From a virus: DNA of 64,000 nt. Under the pieces are notes generated by a model. It had not been told where the DNA came from. It saw only the letters and a list, made by a program, of their open reading frames with translations, and ran no database searches. This document shows, one piece after another, positions 43,256 through 52,560 of this stretch (positions are counted from its first letter, which is position 1; every line of letters starts with the position of its first letter). The DNA lies in the IMG/VR virus record IMGVR_UViG_3300030737_000007, positions 27,895 through 91,894 of that record. One strand, given 5' to 3'. The translations under genes and the position numbers were made by a program.

Positions 43256-46200
43256 TGAAGATCTCCCCGCTGTGGGCATCGAGCCACTGGGTACCGTCGT
43301 GCAGAAGTTCGTGGCCTGTTACGGGGTGGACAGCCCGCCACTGACCAACGCTTGCCTGCGGGCCGGGAGTTGGAGGGGCTTGTTCAGTAACGGTGGGTTC
43401 TCCGCCGGGGGTGGTCGGAGGATTTGGGTGCATATTTAGCAGCCGATTGAAGGTCGGATCCTGCTGCCTCTCGGATGGGGTCATATCCTTTTTGGCTTTG
43501 TTGAGATATTTGCTACGAACAGACATGGCTAGTTTCGCCATCGCCCCGCGCTCCGTGGAGTTCATCTGGTCCCATAGCTGGAGAAACTGCGGGGCCGGTA
43601 GCCGCGACGCCCGGGTGTACATGGAAGCCATCGTGGAGTCCATGCCTTTGGTCGCCTTCAGGTTGGTCTCGATCTTCTTGAGTTCGGACTCCTTGAGCTG
43701 GTCAGTCTGGTAAGTGAGGCGCATCAGGTCCGATAGCGGCATCTCGCCGGAGCGGACTTTGTCCTCGAAGTTCATTACCATCCGGTGGCGGGCCTGCTGG
43801 GAGGGGTCGATCGGGCCGTCTTCGGTGTGGCTGGCGGCGAGGTCGGCGGCCATCTTCTGGGCGGGCGAGGCGTAGGTCTGGGCGGTACCGCCGAGCGCCT
43901 TCACGATCTGGCCGGTATTACCGACCTGCGGGCCGGTTCCTGACACAGCCTGTCCGATACTCTGGAAGGGTATGGGGGACATGTTGCGGAAAACGTCGGC
44001 GTACAAGTCCTGCGGTTGCAGTTTGCGCCCCCAGTGGTCGCGGCCTGTGGTGAGCTCGGTCGCCAGGTTCACACCCGGGGATAGGCGGCCCTTGATAAAA
44101 CCGGTGGGGTCCGCGGCGGCGTGGAGCAAGTCGGTCGGCAGGGTACGGATTGAGTACACGATCTCTTTGCCGTCTTTGTTCTTGGTGACCAGTCCGAACG
44201 GGGCCTCGTTATGGAAGTTACCGGTGGACATGTAGTTTAGGACGCGGGAGATACCCCATACGCCCATCGCCATGCGCGCGACCTGGAAGCGACCGAGGCC
44301 GCCGTCATCCTTGTTGAATAGCCGGGCCGCCGAGCGCATTTCAGATTCCAACCAGTCCGGCGCGAGCAGCAGCAGCCGCCCCCAGTCCTGAGTGGTAGCC
44401 GACCGGCCCATGGCCTTCCAGTTGATCCCGCCGAAGGTGTCGTTGGTGTGAAGAGCCGCGGCCTTAGCGACGCGATCGACGCTCCAGTCCGGATGGGCGT
44501 TCTGGTAGTCGTGGAACATCTTCTCCATAGCATTCGCCTTGAGAGCGGGCATGAAACGCTTGAAGAGGAAGTTCTGGTACCAGTCCAGCGAGTTGGCGAT
44601 GGTCGGCCCGACCCCTGGGATTTTACGCACGAGGCCGCCGCCGGTGGACACGCCTTCGGAGTGTTCTTGAAGTGCTTTGTAATCAGTACCGGTGGTGAGG
44701 CCGTTCTCGACGCCTTTCCGGATAATGGAAGGGGAGGAGGGGTCGTTTGGATCCACCTTCTCGCCGTTCAGGATGTCGGGCGTCTCTAGCGTAAACGGGT
44801 TCATTCCCACCATGACACCGCGGAGAGCGAGCTGAGCCATGTGGAACGGACTCATTGAGAGCAGGATCTCTTTGGACTTGGTGCCGAGGGAGAGCGCGCC
44901 CTTCGAGATCGGGTGCGACGCGAGGGCGGACGGTTCTAGGCCGAGGCGGTTCTTCAAGTACTCGGCGAACTCGGGATGGACACGGATATCTGACCGCACG
45001 ACGACACTATTGCCGTTGGGGTCATTGGTGACGAAGTTCCACCCCTTCATGGCCGAGTTGTCCATGTTGATGTAGTCCTGCGGGTCCCAGGCGTACATCT
45101 TCTTCAGGTTGTCGTTGTAGTCCTTCAGTTCCGATATGTTCCGTTTGCCGCTCTGGATGTCCTTCAGGAACTCAATGGCTTTGCGGTTGAGGCTGTTGCC
45201 CTCCTCGTCGAACTTGATCGGGGAGCCGATGTTTCTTTCTTGCAGCTTGGCGATTGCGGCGTCGATACCCTCGGGCCGTATCTTGGGGGTGATATCGCGC
45301 AGGCTGCCATTTTCTAGGAACCGTTCGAGGTCGCCCGACTTGGTAAGTTGCTGAACGACGTTGTCAGCCACTTGAATCTTGCGGACGCGGTCGGGCTGGA
45401 TCATCGTGGTGGGGTCTTCGCCGTCGGGGCCGTGAACAACCTGCCCTGAGCCGGAGAGGACCACAGCGGGGCGTCCGTCACTTGCGCGGGTGAACTTGTC
45501 GCGCAGGGTGTCGATAAGCTGTTTGTTTGCCGCAGCCTTGATGAGGTCTGCGCGGCCTTTGGCTGTCATCTTGATCGGGTCGAGGTCGAGCTCTTTGGGA
45601 GACTTGAGGAGGGCGGTAAGGGTAGAGTCGTACACGCGCTGCCGGGCCATCGTCACGTTGGTCGCGAACTTACCCGCCTTGGTGGCGGCGGTGATGACCT
45701 TGCCTTCAGGATTTTCGTCCTTGTAGGCGCGGGTCATGTAGTTCTCGACATAGGTGTGCAGCAAATCATTAGCTAGCCCAAACTGGAAGTTCTTATCCTG
45801 CTCCCCAGCGAGATATTTTGACGTGGACAGTTCGCGATCGGAGAGTTGTTCTTTAGCTACTCGGCTAAGCGCGGTAAGTACTATGTCTTTATACTCGGGA
45901 GTCATCTTAGCGAATACGCCCGAGGAGATCTGCTCGGCCAGGTTGTCCGATAGGTCTACTTTTCCAGATGCCGGGATCCGGTCGTCTTTACCATCGGCCT
46001 CCGCTAAAGCGTTGTACCAAGTTGCTGCCTTATCTGTGTCTCCACCTAAATTCCGGTGCAGGTATGTAGTAGCTAGTTCAAGCCTACGCTTCGCTTCCGC
46101 CACATTTTTGGATACTTCGTCTTGGCCGCTACCTTTCATTGCGTAGGTGTTAATGTCGTGCCCCAGCATTACGCGCGCGGTTTGGTCAAGGTCGGTTGCT

Positions 46201-47396
46201 TGGGCCTCCCCGACAGCGTGCAGTGCCTCCCGCTCGTTGTTAGCTTTACCCATGAACTGCCACTGGTCGTTAGGCCGGAACTTGTTTGTTTCTAACAGCG
46301 GCTGGAACAGTTCCCCGGCAGAGTGCAGGGCGTGGGTTGTCCCCATGACCCCGAGTACCCCGCCCGCCAGCGCCTCGGTGCCGTATTCCCACGCATTGTC
46401 CGTGTCCCCGTTCTTGAGGGCGTCGAAGAACTGGGGCGAGATAGCTGCGGCCTGTTGGAGTTGCTGGTAGGTGAACCCAGCCTGCATCACCGTGTTGGCG
46501 GTCTTGGCAGCGCGCGCCGCGGCGGCTACCGGCATGTCGGGCACGGTGTTGCGGATGATTTTGAAGGCCCCGCGCTCGACGGCATCGCCGCCCAGTAGGT
46601 CGTGCTCGGTCAGGCCGTTGTCGTACAGGATGCTCTGGGCCTGTTTCCACTTATCCACATCAGCGCCCGAAGCGCGGACGGCGTCTTCCACAGGTGAGAA
46701 GTCGGCTTTGGCTTTCTGGATGGTCTCGCTGGCTTTGGTCAGGTCTTTGAGTTCCTTGTCAGAAAACCCAGCCTTCTGGAGGGCGGTCTGGACTTCGGGT
46801 TCCGCGAAACTGTCTTCCAGGTTTACGGGGCCGAGGGCCTCGCGCGCCTTAGTGACGAGAGCAGGATCATGCCCGGCAGCGGTCAGGGCCTGTTGGACGG
46901 CACCCTCGGCGGACGGCATCTCTTTGGCCACGTTGGTCGCGATCTCGGAGGCCTTGGACACGTCGGCGATTTCAGCAGCGGTAAGACCAGCTTCACGCAG
47001 GGTACTCGCGCCCGCAGACTCCAGCAACCCGCCCCCGCCGAAAGTAGCAGCGGTCAGGGCCAGACTGAGGGGGGAAGTTAGTCCGGACACAATGTGCTCG
47101 ACTCCGCGCTCGAACCCACCTGCGCCTGCTCGGGAGGTGGGGAGGCCGAAATCCTCTGTGAGCGGCGTATTTAATGCGTCCCAGGCCTTGGTATACCACG
47201 GTTCGTTCGGGTCTTTGAACATCGAGTGCGGCTGCGCGTTTCCATTATCTGGAATTGACGCGGGAGCAGGCGCAGCTCCGCCCGAAGGAGAAGCGTACTT
47301 ATCCCACGGGTCTGAGCTAGACGAAGGTGCTGTCGGGGTTTGGGAAGGAGCGGCCCCGCCAACTGGTGTAGCGTACTTATCCCACTGATCGGGCAT
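43248..47396 (-). CDS. large internal virion / DNA-ejection protein (1382 aa)
   Basis: WDKYA N-terminal repeats, Ala-rich helical composition, position at the end of a podovirus-like tail module. Confidence 0.7.
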   Translation of the reverse strand: MPDQWDKYATPVGGAAPSQTPTAPSSSSDPWDKYASPSGGAAPAPASIPDNGNAQPHSMFKDPNEPWYTKAWDALNTPLTEDFGLPTSRAGAGGFERGVEHIVSGLTSPLSLALTAATFGGGGLLESAGASTLREAGLTAAEIADVSKASEIATNVAKEMPSAEGAVQQALTAAGHDPALVTKAREALGPVNLEDSFAEPEVQTALQKAGFSDKELKDLTKASETIQKAKADFSPVEDAVRASGADVDKWKQAQSILYDNGLTEHDLLGGDAVERGAFKIIRNTVPDMPVAAAARAAKTANTVMQAGFTYQQLQQAAAISPQFFDALKNGDTDNAWEYGTEALAGGVLGVMGTTHALHSAGELFQPLLETNKFRPNDQWQFMGKANNEREALHAVGEAQATDLDQTARVMLGHDINTYAMKGSGQDEVSKNVAEAKRRLELATTYLHRNLGGDTDKAATWYNALAEADGKDDRIPASGKVDLSDNLAEQISSGVFAKMTPEYKDIVLTALSRVAKEQLSDRELSTSKYLAGEQDKNFQFGLANDLLHTYVENYMTRAYKDENPEGKVITAATKAGKFATNVTMARQRVYDSTLTALLKSPKELDLDPIKMTAKGRADLIKAAANKQLIDTLRDKFTRASDGRPAVVLSGSGQVVHGPDGEDPTTMIQPDRVRKIQVADNVVQQLTKSGDLERFLENGSLRDITPKIRPEGIDAAIAKLQERNIGSPIKFDEEGNSLNRKAIEFLKDIQSGKRNISELKDYNDNLKKMYAWDPQDYINMDNSAMKGWNFVTNDPNGNSVVVRSDIRVHPEFAEYLKNRLGLEPSALASHPISKGALSLGTKSKEILLSMSPFHMAQLALRGVMVGMNPFTLETPDILNGEKVDPNDPSSPSIIRKGVENGLTTGTDYKALQEHSEGVSTGGGLVRKIPGVGPTIANSLDWYQNFLFKRFMPALKANAMEKMFHDYQNAHPDWSVDRVAKAAALHTNDTFGGINWKAMGRSATTQDWGRLLLLAPDWLESEMRSAARLFNKDDGGLGRFQVARMAMGVWGISRVLNYMSTGNFHNEAPFGLVTKNKDGKEIVYSIRTLPTDLLHAAADPTGFIKGRLSPGVNLATELTTGRDHWGRKLQPQDLYADVFRNMSPIPFQSIGQAVSGTGPQVGNTGQIVKALGGTAQTYASPAQKMAADLAASHTEDGPIDPSQQARHRMVMNFEDKVRSGEMPLSDLMRLTYQTDQLKESELKKIETNLKATKGMDSTMASMYTRASRLPAPQFLQLWDQMNSTERGAMAKLAMSVRSKYLNKAKKDMTPSERQQDPTFNRLLNMHPNPPTTPGGEPTVTEQAPPTPGPQASVGQWRAVHPVTGHELLHDGTQWLDAHSGEIFNG

Positions 47397-47457
47397 AGTT
47401 CCTTTTGACGGCTAAAAACCCACGCCGGTAGTAAGATTTATGTGGTATACTTCTGAC

Positions 47458-47643
47458 ATGAGAGACTACGATTATACCACAGAACAGGACATTTCCGAAG
47501 TCTTGCAACGATCAGCCCGAAGAGGCTGTTCCCGGTGTGGTAATTCTGTCCTGAAAGTTGACGAAAAGATGTCAACGGTGTCCTGTGAAGAGTGTGGGTT
47601 TGGGTTGTTTGTTCACGTTAGCCCGTACAAGTCCCCTACATAA
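47458..47643 (+). CDS. small Zn-ribbon moron
   Basis: CSRCG...CEECG; own extended -10 TGGTATACT at 47443-47451; antisense to the late genes. Confidence 0.55.
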   Translation: MRDYDYTTEQDISEVLQRSARRGCSRCGNSVLKVDEKMSTVSCEECGFGLFVHVSPYKSPT

Positions 47644-49258
47644 CGGGCGGGGCGAAGGTAGGCGAGGGCGGGGCCACCGCAGCCGCAACCTTTTTAGCCC
47701 CCTGTATCAAAGTCCCGAAACCGGGATCTGCGGTACCAAGCGGCGTGTCGGGTTCAGCAGGTGCGGGTTTTGCTCCGAGTTTGGTAGCCTGCGGGTGGGC
47801 GACCAAGAACGCGGCGACTTGATCCGCCGGGATGTTGAACGCAACCCCTGGCCGAGTTGGATCGGTGAAGGGGACGGTTGATCCTGCTACCCCACCTCCT
47901 GCTACGTTCGGTCCGCCAAGGTTGGCGAGCTGGGTGAGCGTGTGGTAGTTAGACCATAACCCGGGGAGCTGATCTTTACCGTTCTTCGCAGTGTCGGTGT
48001 CAGTGCTCTCTGCTTCCTTAGCCGCCTCGGTGATAGCTGCACGTACCTCAGCGACAGCAGGTTGTGAGGCTCTTGCAAGAGCAATTCTATCTTGCGGAGC
48101 GAGCTTGCTGGGATCGTTGTGAAAGGCGGCGAGATGCGTCCAAGCTAGATTGGTGGATTTCTTCTGGCGCATCTCTTCTTGCTTCTCTTGTGAGTTCAGA
48201 TTCGAGTTCCGCGTAGACGCCCGATACTCGTCGATGAGAGACTTTGCCTCGTCGATCTTGGTCTGTTCCAGTTTTACTCCAAGGTCCTGCATGGTCCGTG
48301 CTACCTGCTGACCGTGCAAATTCTGAGCCTGTCGGTCGAGAGCGGTGAATTGATTGACCGTCATGGTTTTGCCCGGCTGAGCAACGGCTTCGTACTCCGG
48401 GTGGTAATCAAACAACCCGTCCTTTTTCCACTGATCTACCGTAGCTTTCGCCAGAGGCATGGGCTGCGTGGGGTCATATGCGGACAGGGTATACTCGTAA
48501 TGCGGCCGCCCATCCGAGCCGACGACGGTCTGGACTCCAGTATGACGCCAATCAAGAGTGGACGAACCGGGCCGGTTTTTGAAGATGTCGGGAAGCTGGG
48601 ACTCAGTGACGTTGTCGAAAACAGGTTTTAGTCCGGCTTGGTCGTAGGTCGCAACACGCGCCGCATCGGCCTTCGCTACCTTGTCATGCAAGTCGTAGCT
48701 CGTATCCTGAGTCAGCATGTTTGTCCGCAACGTCTCAGCATTGGCCTGAGCGATCTGCGCCTTCCGCACCTGGTTCTCAGTGTCGGCGGCGGTCGCTTCC
48801 TGTGAGGCCTTCTGCGCGGTCAGCTTGTTCTGCCACTGCTGCTGGGCGTTCTGTTGGGCGAGGGCCTGCTGTTGGGCAGCCTGTTTTGTGGCCGCTCCGG
48901 CTCCTGCTCCTGCGGCGGCCCACCCGCTACCGGCGTGGTCAGATTCCTGCGAGCCTGCTACGCTTCCAGCTAACGCTCCGGCCAGGATATTCCGAAAAAA
49001 CCCACCCGCGCCCGTCTTGGATTGCACAGGTACGGGTCCGTTCGGGCCCTGCTGATACGTGGTGGTCGTCCCGCCCATAGAGGACAGCAGTGACTTGAAC
49101 CCGTGACCGAGGAGGGCGGAGTGCGCGAGGTCAGCCTGCTGGGGGGTCGGAACCGGCTGAGCGGGAGGAGCCTGTGTTACCTGCGGCTGCTGGGGCGCGC
49201 CGAGGTCGGGCGGGGGCGCTTGAGGTAGTGGCTGCGGCTGGGGGGCGTTCGGGTCCAT
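47636..49258 (-). CDS. internal virion / ejection protein
   Basis: Gln/Ala-rich with a Gly-Ala hydrophobic segment. Confidence 0.65.
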   Translation of the reverse strand: MDPNAPQPQPLPQAPPPDLGAPQQPQVTQAPPAQPVPTPQQADLAHSALLGHGFKSLLSSMGGTTTTYQQGPNGPVPVQSKTGAGGFFRNILAGALAGSVAGSQESDHAGSGWAAAGAGAGAATKQAAQQQALAQQNAQQQWQNKLTAQKASQEATAADTENQVRKAQIAQANAETLRTNMLTQDTSYDLHDKVAKADAARVATYDQAGLKPVFDNVTESQLPDIFKNRPGSSTLDWRHTGVQTVVGSDGRPHYEYTLSAYDPTQPMPLAKATVDQWKKDGLFDYHPEYEAVAQPGKTMTVNQFTALDRQAQNLHGQQVARTMQDLGVKLEQTKIDEAKSLIDEYRASTRNSNLNSQEKQEEMRQKKSTNLAWTHLAAFHNDPSKLAPQDRIALARASQPAVAEVRAAITEAAKEAESTDTDTAKNGKDQLPGLWSNYHTLTQLANLGGPNVAGGGVAGSTVPFTDPTRPGVAFNIPADQVAAFLVAHPQATKLGAKPAPAEPDTPLGTADPGFGTLIQGAKKVAAAVAPPSPTFAPPVM

Positions 49259-49653
49259 TATTTACTCTTCTCCAAAAACCAGCTCAACGGAGTCTGGCGG
49301 CTGATCTCTTGGTTTTTCAATGCGCGCTTGAGGAACTTGATGACTTGGGTCTGCCCAAGGGTTTCGGTGACGCCGTAGACGCGGAGTAGGTTCTCCAGCT
49401 TGTCGTCGGCCTTGACTCCGGCCCGCGACGTACCTTTAATCTTGATTTCGGCGTCGAAGAGGCAAGCCCGCATTCCAGCCAGTGAAGACGAGAACACGCG
49501 GCGTCCTTGGTCGTCGATCTCGTTCTTACCGGGGCGCGAGAAGCTGGGGAGACCCAAAGGATTTCTGATTTGATAAAGTTCTGAATCAGGATTCGAAAGG
49601 CTACCTTTGAGGTGGGCGATCGCGTCTACGAGTGCTTCAATTCTGTCTATCAT
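49258..49653 (-). CDS. hypothetical virion-associated protein
   Basis: RNPLGL...G.RVF.S...G, weakly reminiscent of virion lysozyme-like domains. Confidence 0.55.
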   Translation of the reverse strand: MIDRIEALVDAIAHLKGSLSNPDSELYQIRNPLGLPSFSRPGKNEIDDQGRRVFSSSLAGMRACLFDAEIKIKGTSRAGVKADDKLENLLRVYGVTETLGQTQVIKFLKRALKNQEISRQTPLSWFLEKSK

Positions 49654-50492
49654 AAGAACATACCGCTTTCATCGGACGACGTGGTACTGAGGGGTCCGCC
49701 CGACCCGCCTATCCCTTCAAGAGCCGTACCGACGCCCGTTGCGCCGCCAAGCGCCGTACTCATTCCGCCCGTTAGCACTCCGAGACCCGCGCTGGCCGCC
49801 CCACCAAGGATGCCGCTGACCAAGTTCCACGGACTGGCTGCATTGTTCTCCTGGGTGATGGTGTTGATCTCGCTCCCTGCCGCACTGCCCGCGTTGTTCG
49901 CTGAACCTGCGGTACTGTTCGCGCTGGATCCGTATTGACCGGCGACTCCGCTGAGAGCACCGGTAGCGTTGTTGTAGTTGTTCAGACCCTGTTGGTACCC
50001 GGCCTGCTGAACACCTGTGAGTCCAGTTGCGGTTTGGTTCGCCGCCCCTGCCGCAAGAGCCGCTTGCTGCCCACTCGCCACGCCCGAGGGGAGAAGTGTG
50101 TTGCCCCCGCCCTGCGCGCCCTGCTGTTGTCCGAGCGCGCGAGATGCGTTGGCATACTGGGTAGCCGTATTGTTGATTACGCTGGAGTTGAGGTTATTGG
50201 TCTCCGCCGCATTAAAGCCGTACTGGTTTGGGCCCGCCGCCACCGTGGGGTTGAAGGTGTTCTGAAGCGTGTTCAGGATGTTGTTCTGGTTTGCGAACTG
50301 CTGGGAGTAGTCGCCCGAGAGCTGATTATAAAAATTAGTCTGCGAAGCCGCGAGACTGTTCTGAGCTGCGGAGGCACCTTTGCAGAGGTCCAATTTTCCA
50401 TTATCCGGAAAATCAAAACCCCGCTCGGACACGAGAATGTGCGCCTCGGCGGCCTCATCCCAAATGTAGACTAGCTCTGTGTGGATTCGCAT
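49650..50492 (-). CDS. pilot / ejection protein
   Basis: Asn/Gln/Ala/Gly-rich with a C-terminal Gly-rich hydrophobic stretch. Confidence 0.6.
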   Translation of the reverse strand: MRIHTELVYIWDEAAEAHILVSERGFDFPDNGKLDLCKGASAAQNSLAASQTNFYNQLSGDYSQQFANQNNILNTLQNTFNPTVAAGPNQYGFNAAETNNLNSSVINNTATQYANASRALGQQQGAQGGGNTLLPSGVASGQQAALAAGAANQTATGLTGVQQAGYQQGLNNYNNATGALSGVAGQYGSSANSTAGSANNAGSAAGSEINTITQENNAASPWNLVSGILGGAASAGLGVLTGGMSTALGGATGVGTALEGIGGSGGPLSTTSSDESGMFL

Positions 50493-50962
50493 GTATTTTC
50501 GCCTTGTCCTAGTTCCGGCCTAAAAAATTCTAGATATTGAACAGCGGAGAGTAACAACTCTGGAGTATGGTAAAAATGCCCAATTCCGCTATTGCACGCT
50601 TTGCAAAGAAGGCCTCTAATCTTATGCGTATCGTGACAATGGTCAACCGAAAGACTCACGACACGCCCGTTTTTCGTGACTGTTTCTGGTTTCTTGCAAA
50701 TCCAACAGACACCGTTTTGGGCGGCGAGCATCGCCTCGAATTGTTCTATTCTCATACCGTAGTAGCGGCGAAGACTTAGAGCTTTTCGCTTGCGTTCGTA
50801 GCCAATAGGATCTTTCCTTTTTCTTGCTTCTGAATTCTCCCGACCATAGTTCGGGTTAGCAGCGTGCCACCGAGCTGCATACTCTCGGGCAACCCTTTTG
50901 GCGTGCTCTTCGCGTGTTTCGCCTTCGAGTAAAGGGTAGATATATTCTCGACGCCTAGGCAT
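50471..50962 (-). CDS. endonuclease VII-like homing endonuclease
   Basis: YG.....F..ML..QNG.C.IC...LSVDHCH....IRGLLC..CN.GIG. Confidence 0.85.
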   Translation of the reverse strand: MPRRREYIYPLLEGETREEHAKRVAREYAARWHAANPNYGRENSEARKRKDPIGYERKRKALSLRRYYGMRIEQFEAMLAAQNGVCWICKKPETVTKNGRVVSLSVDHCHDTHKIRGLLCKACNSGIGHFYHTPELLLSAVQYLEFFRPELGQGENTCESTQS

Positions 50963-51374
50963 TCCCGTTCTCCAGATCTCGAACCCGAACTCTGTAGATT
51001 TTGTACGGTAGTTCTTCAAAGATTTGGTTGGTAGCGAACTTGTCGGTATCGGGATCGGAACTGAGATAGTAGATCTCTCCCGCTCCCTGAATGTGCCCTT
51101 GGGTGACAAACTGCTGAGTAAGCTCTTTCATAGCCCGAGCCTTTTCAATATCCGAAAGCCCAGGCCGGGGGGCTAAACTCTCCATCATGAGTGGACACTG
51201 CATCGGCATGTAGGCTATGGGGCCATACTCGTCGTAGACACACCAGGTGATGGTGGACGGGTAGGCGGCCACAGCGGGATCGAAATTACCCTTGGGGTTG
51301 GCCAGCGACCACTCTTTGAACTGATCAGCTTCCTCGGCCCTTGCCGGGCGAACATACAGGTGGTTCCTGCGCAT
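50955..51374 (-). CDS. GNAT-like protein of the tail/ejection module
   Basis: VRPA...E start, about 140 aa, position between nozzle and ejection genes. Confidence 0.4.
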   Translation of the reverse strand: MRRNHLYVRPARAEEADQFKEWSLANPKGNFDPAVAAYPSTITWCVYDEYGPIAYMPMQCPLMMESLAPRPGLSDIEKARAMKELTQQFVTQGHIQGAGEIYYLSSDPDTDKFATNQIFEELPYKIYRVRVRDLENGNA

Positions 51375-51667
51375 TACGGGAGCCTCGATGTGAGGACGGC
51401 CCGAAAGTCCTGTCTCATCTCTTTGAAGTCATCGCGTACGCCCGCGAGATTGGCGTTGACCTGCTCTAACTCAACCTGGAGGTGCGGGAGGTGGTTGGTC
51501 ATCATGGTGTTCAGGTTCTTCTCGGTCGAGATAATCGCCTCGGGATAGAGTAAGAACTTGCGCACGACCACATAGACGCGGTAGAGGAAGTAACATAAAG
51601 CGGAGATTGAGGCAAGTTCTGCCCAGTGTTCTGATGCCCAGTAAAGCGGGTTCCACGGTGTTTGCAT
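51374..51667 (-). CDS. TM + coiled-coil protein (holin-like?)
   Basis: One TM helix followed by a heptad pattern. Confidence 0.45.
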   Translation of the reverse strand: MQTPWNPLYWASEHWAELASISALCYFLYRVYVVVRKFLLYPEAIISTEKNLNTMMTNHLPHLQVELEQVNANLAGVRDDFKEMRQDFRAVLTSRLP

Positions 51668-51673
51668 ATTGGC

Positions 51674-51916
51674 CTATTTGAGAGGGGATGGGGGAGTGAA
51701 TCTGTATTGTGGAACGACGCCGCCGTTGTAGTACTGGCGGAGATTATCTGGTCCTGCATTGTTACTTGAAAAAGGCATCGGGCACCGCAGCGTGGTGCTC
51801 AGGATCGGGGCCGCGTTTCCAGATAATGGAGGAAACATGCGCTGTACCGGCGGCGTCAACGAGACCTCTTCCGGATTGGGTGAAACCGTTCTGGACGCTA
51901 TAGAAGGCATTTGCAA
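51674..51916 (-). CDS. Pro-rich hypothetical protein
   Basis: ORF track; contains motif A. Confidence 0.5.
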   Translation of the reverse strand: MQMPSIASRTVSPNPEEVSLTPPVQRMFPPLSGNAAPILSTTLRCPMPFSSNNAGPDNLRQYYNGGVVPQYRFTPPSPLK

Positions 51917-51939
51917 TTTCCTATAATTCGTGGTACAAT
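51911..51939 (+). promoter_or_regulatory. promoter of the methyltransferase moron
   Basis: TTGCAA-17 nt-TACAAT, TGG-extended; ATG 7 nt later (likely leaderless). Confidence 0.65.
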
Positions 51940-51946
51940 AAAATAA

Positions 51947-52546
51947 ATGAGAGTACTAGTTGCGTGTGAATTTTCAGGAAGGGTCCGCGAGGCTTTCCGT
52001 AGGCGCGGGCATGACGCTTGGAGTTGCGACTTAGAACCAGCAGAAGACGGTAGCCCGTTCCACCGCCAAGGAGATATTCTGGAGTGGTTCTACTGGTCAA
52101 GTTGGGACTTAATGATTGCACATCCTCCTTGCACCTACTTAAGCCGGGCCGGGGCACGTTGGTGGAAAAATCCAGAACGCCAGAAACTAGCCGACAACGC
52201 CTTTCGGTTCGTCCAAGTTCTTACATCGAACCCAATGATTCCGAAAGTCGCTATCGAGAACCCCATAGGACAGTTGAACCGGCGTTGGAGGTATCCCGAC
52301 CAGACTATTCACCCGTGGATGTTTGGAGAGCCATACACGAAAGCTACGTGTCTTTGGTTGAAAGGCTTACCTAAGCTGACCCCCGCCAATATAGTTCCAG
52401 AAGAACAACGGACTCCTTGGGTCGCTTGCAACAGATCAGCGCGAAAGAAAGCCGGTCTGCCGCGACTAGGTGTTGTAAGCGGCGGACGGGAAGCTAGCCG
52501 TACGTTTCAAGGAATTGCAGAGGCAATGGCTGAACAATGGTCGTAA
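51947..52546 (+). CDS. short DNA cytosine methyltransferase-like protein
   Basis: VLVACEFSG.VR, AHPPCT (PC), IENP, RS.TF.GIA.AMA.QW-type C-terminus. Confidence 0.8.
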   Translation: MRVLVACEFSGRVREAFRRRGHDAWSCDLEPAEDGSPFHRQGDILEWFYWSSWDLMIAHPPCTYLSRAGARWWKNPERQKLADNAFRFVQVLTSNPMIPKVAIENPIGQLNRRWRYPDQTIHPWMFGEPYTKATCLWLKGLPKLTPANIVPEEQRTPWVACNRSARKKAGLPRLGVVSGGREASRTFQGIAEAMAEQWS

Positions 52547-52560
52547 GTTGTTGATTCGGC

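Noticed and set aside
43393-47388. Long plus-strand ORFs opposite the structural genes (e.g. 46471..47388), and likewise 1354..2148
   Set aside because: Antisense shadows of GC-rich coding sequence, without RBS or recognisable motifs
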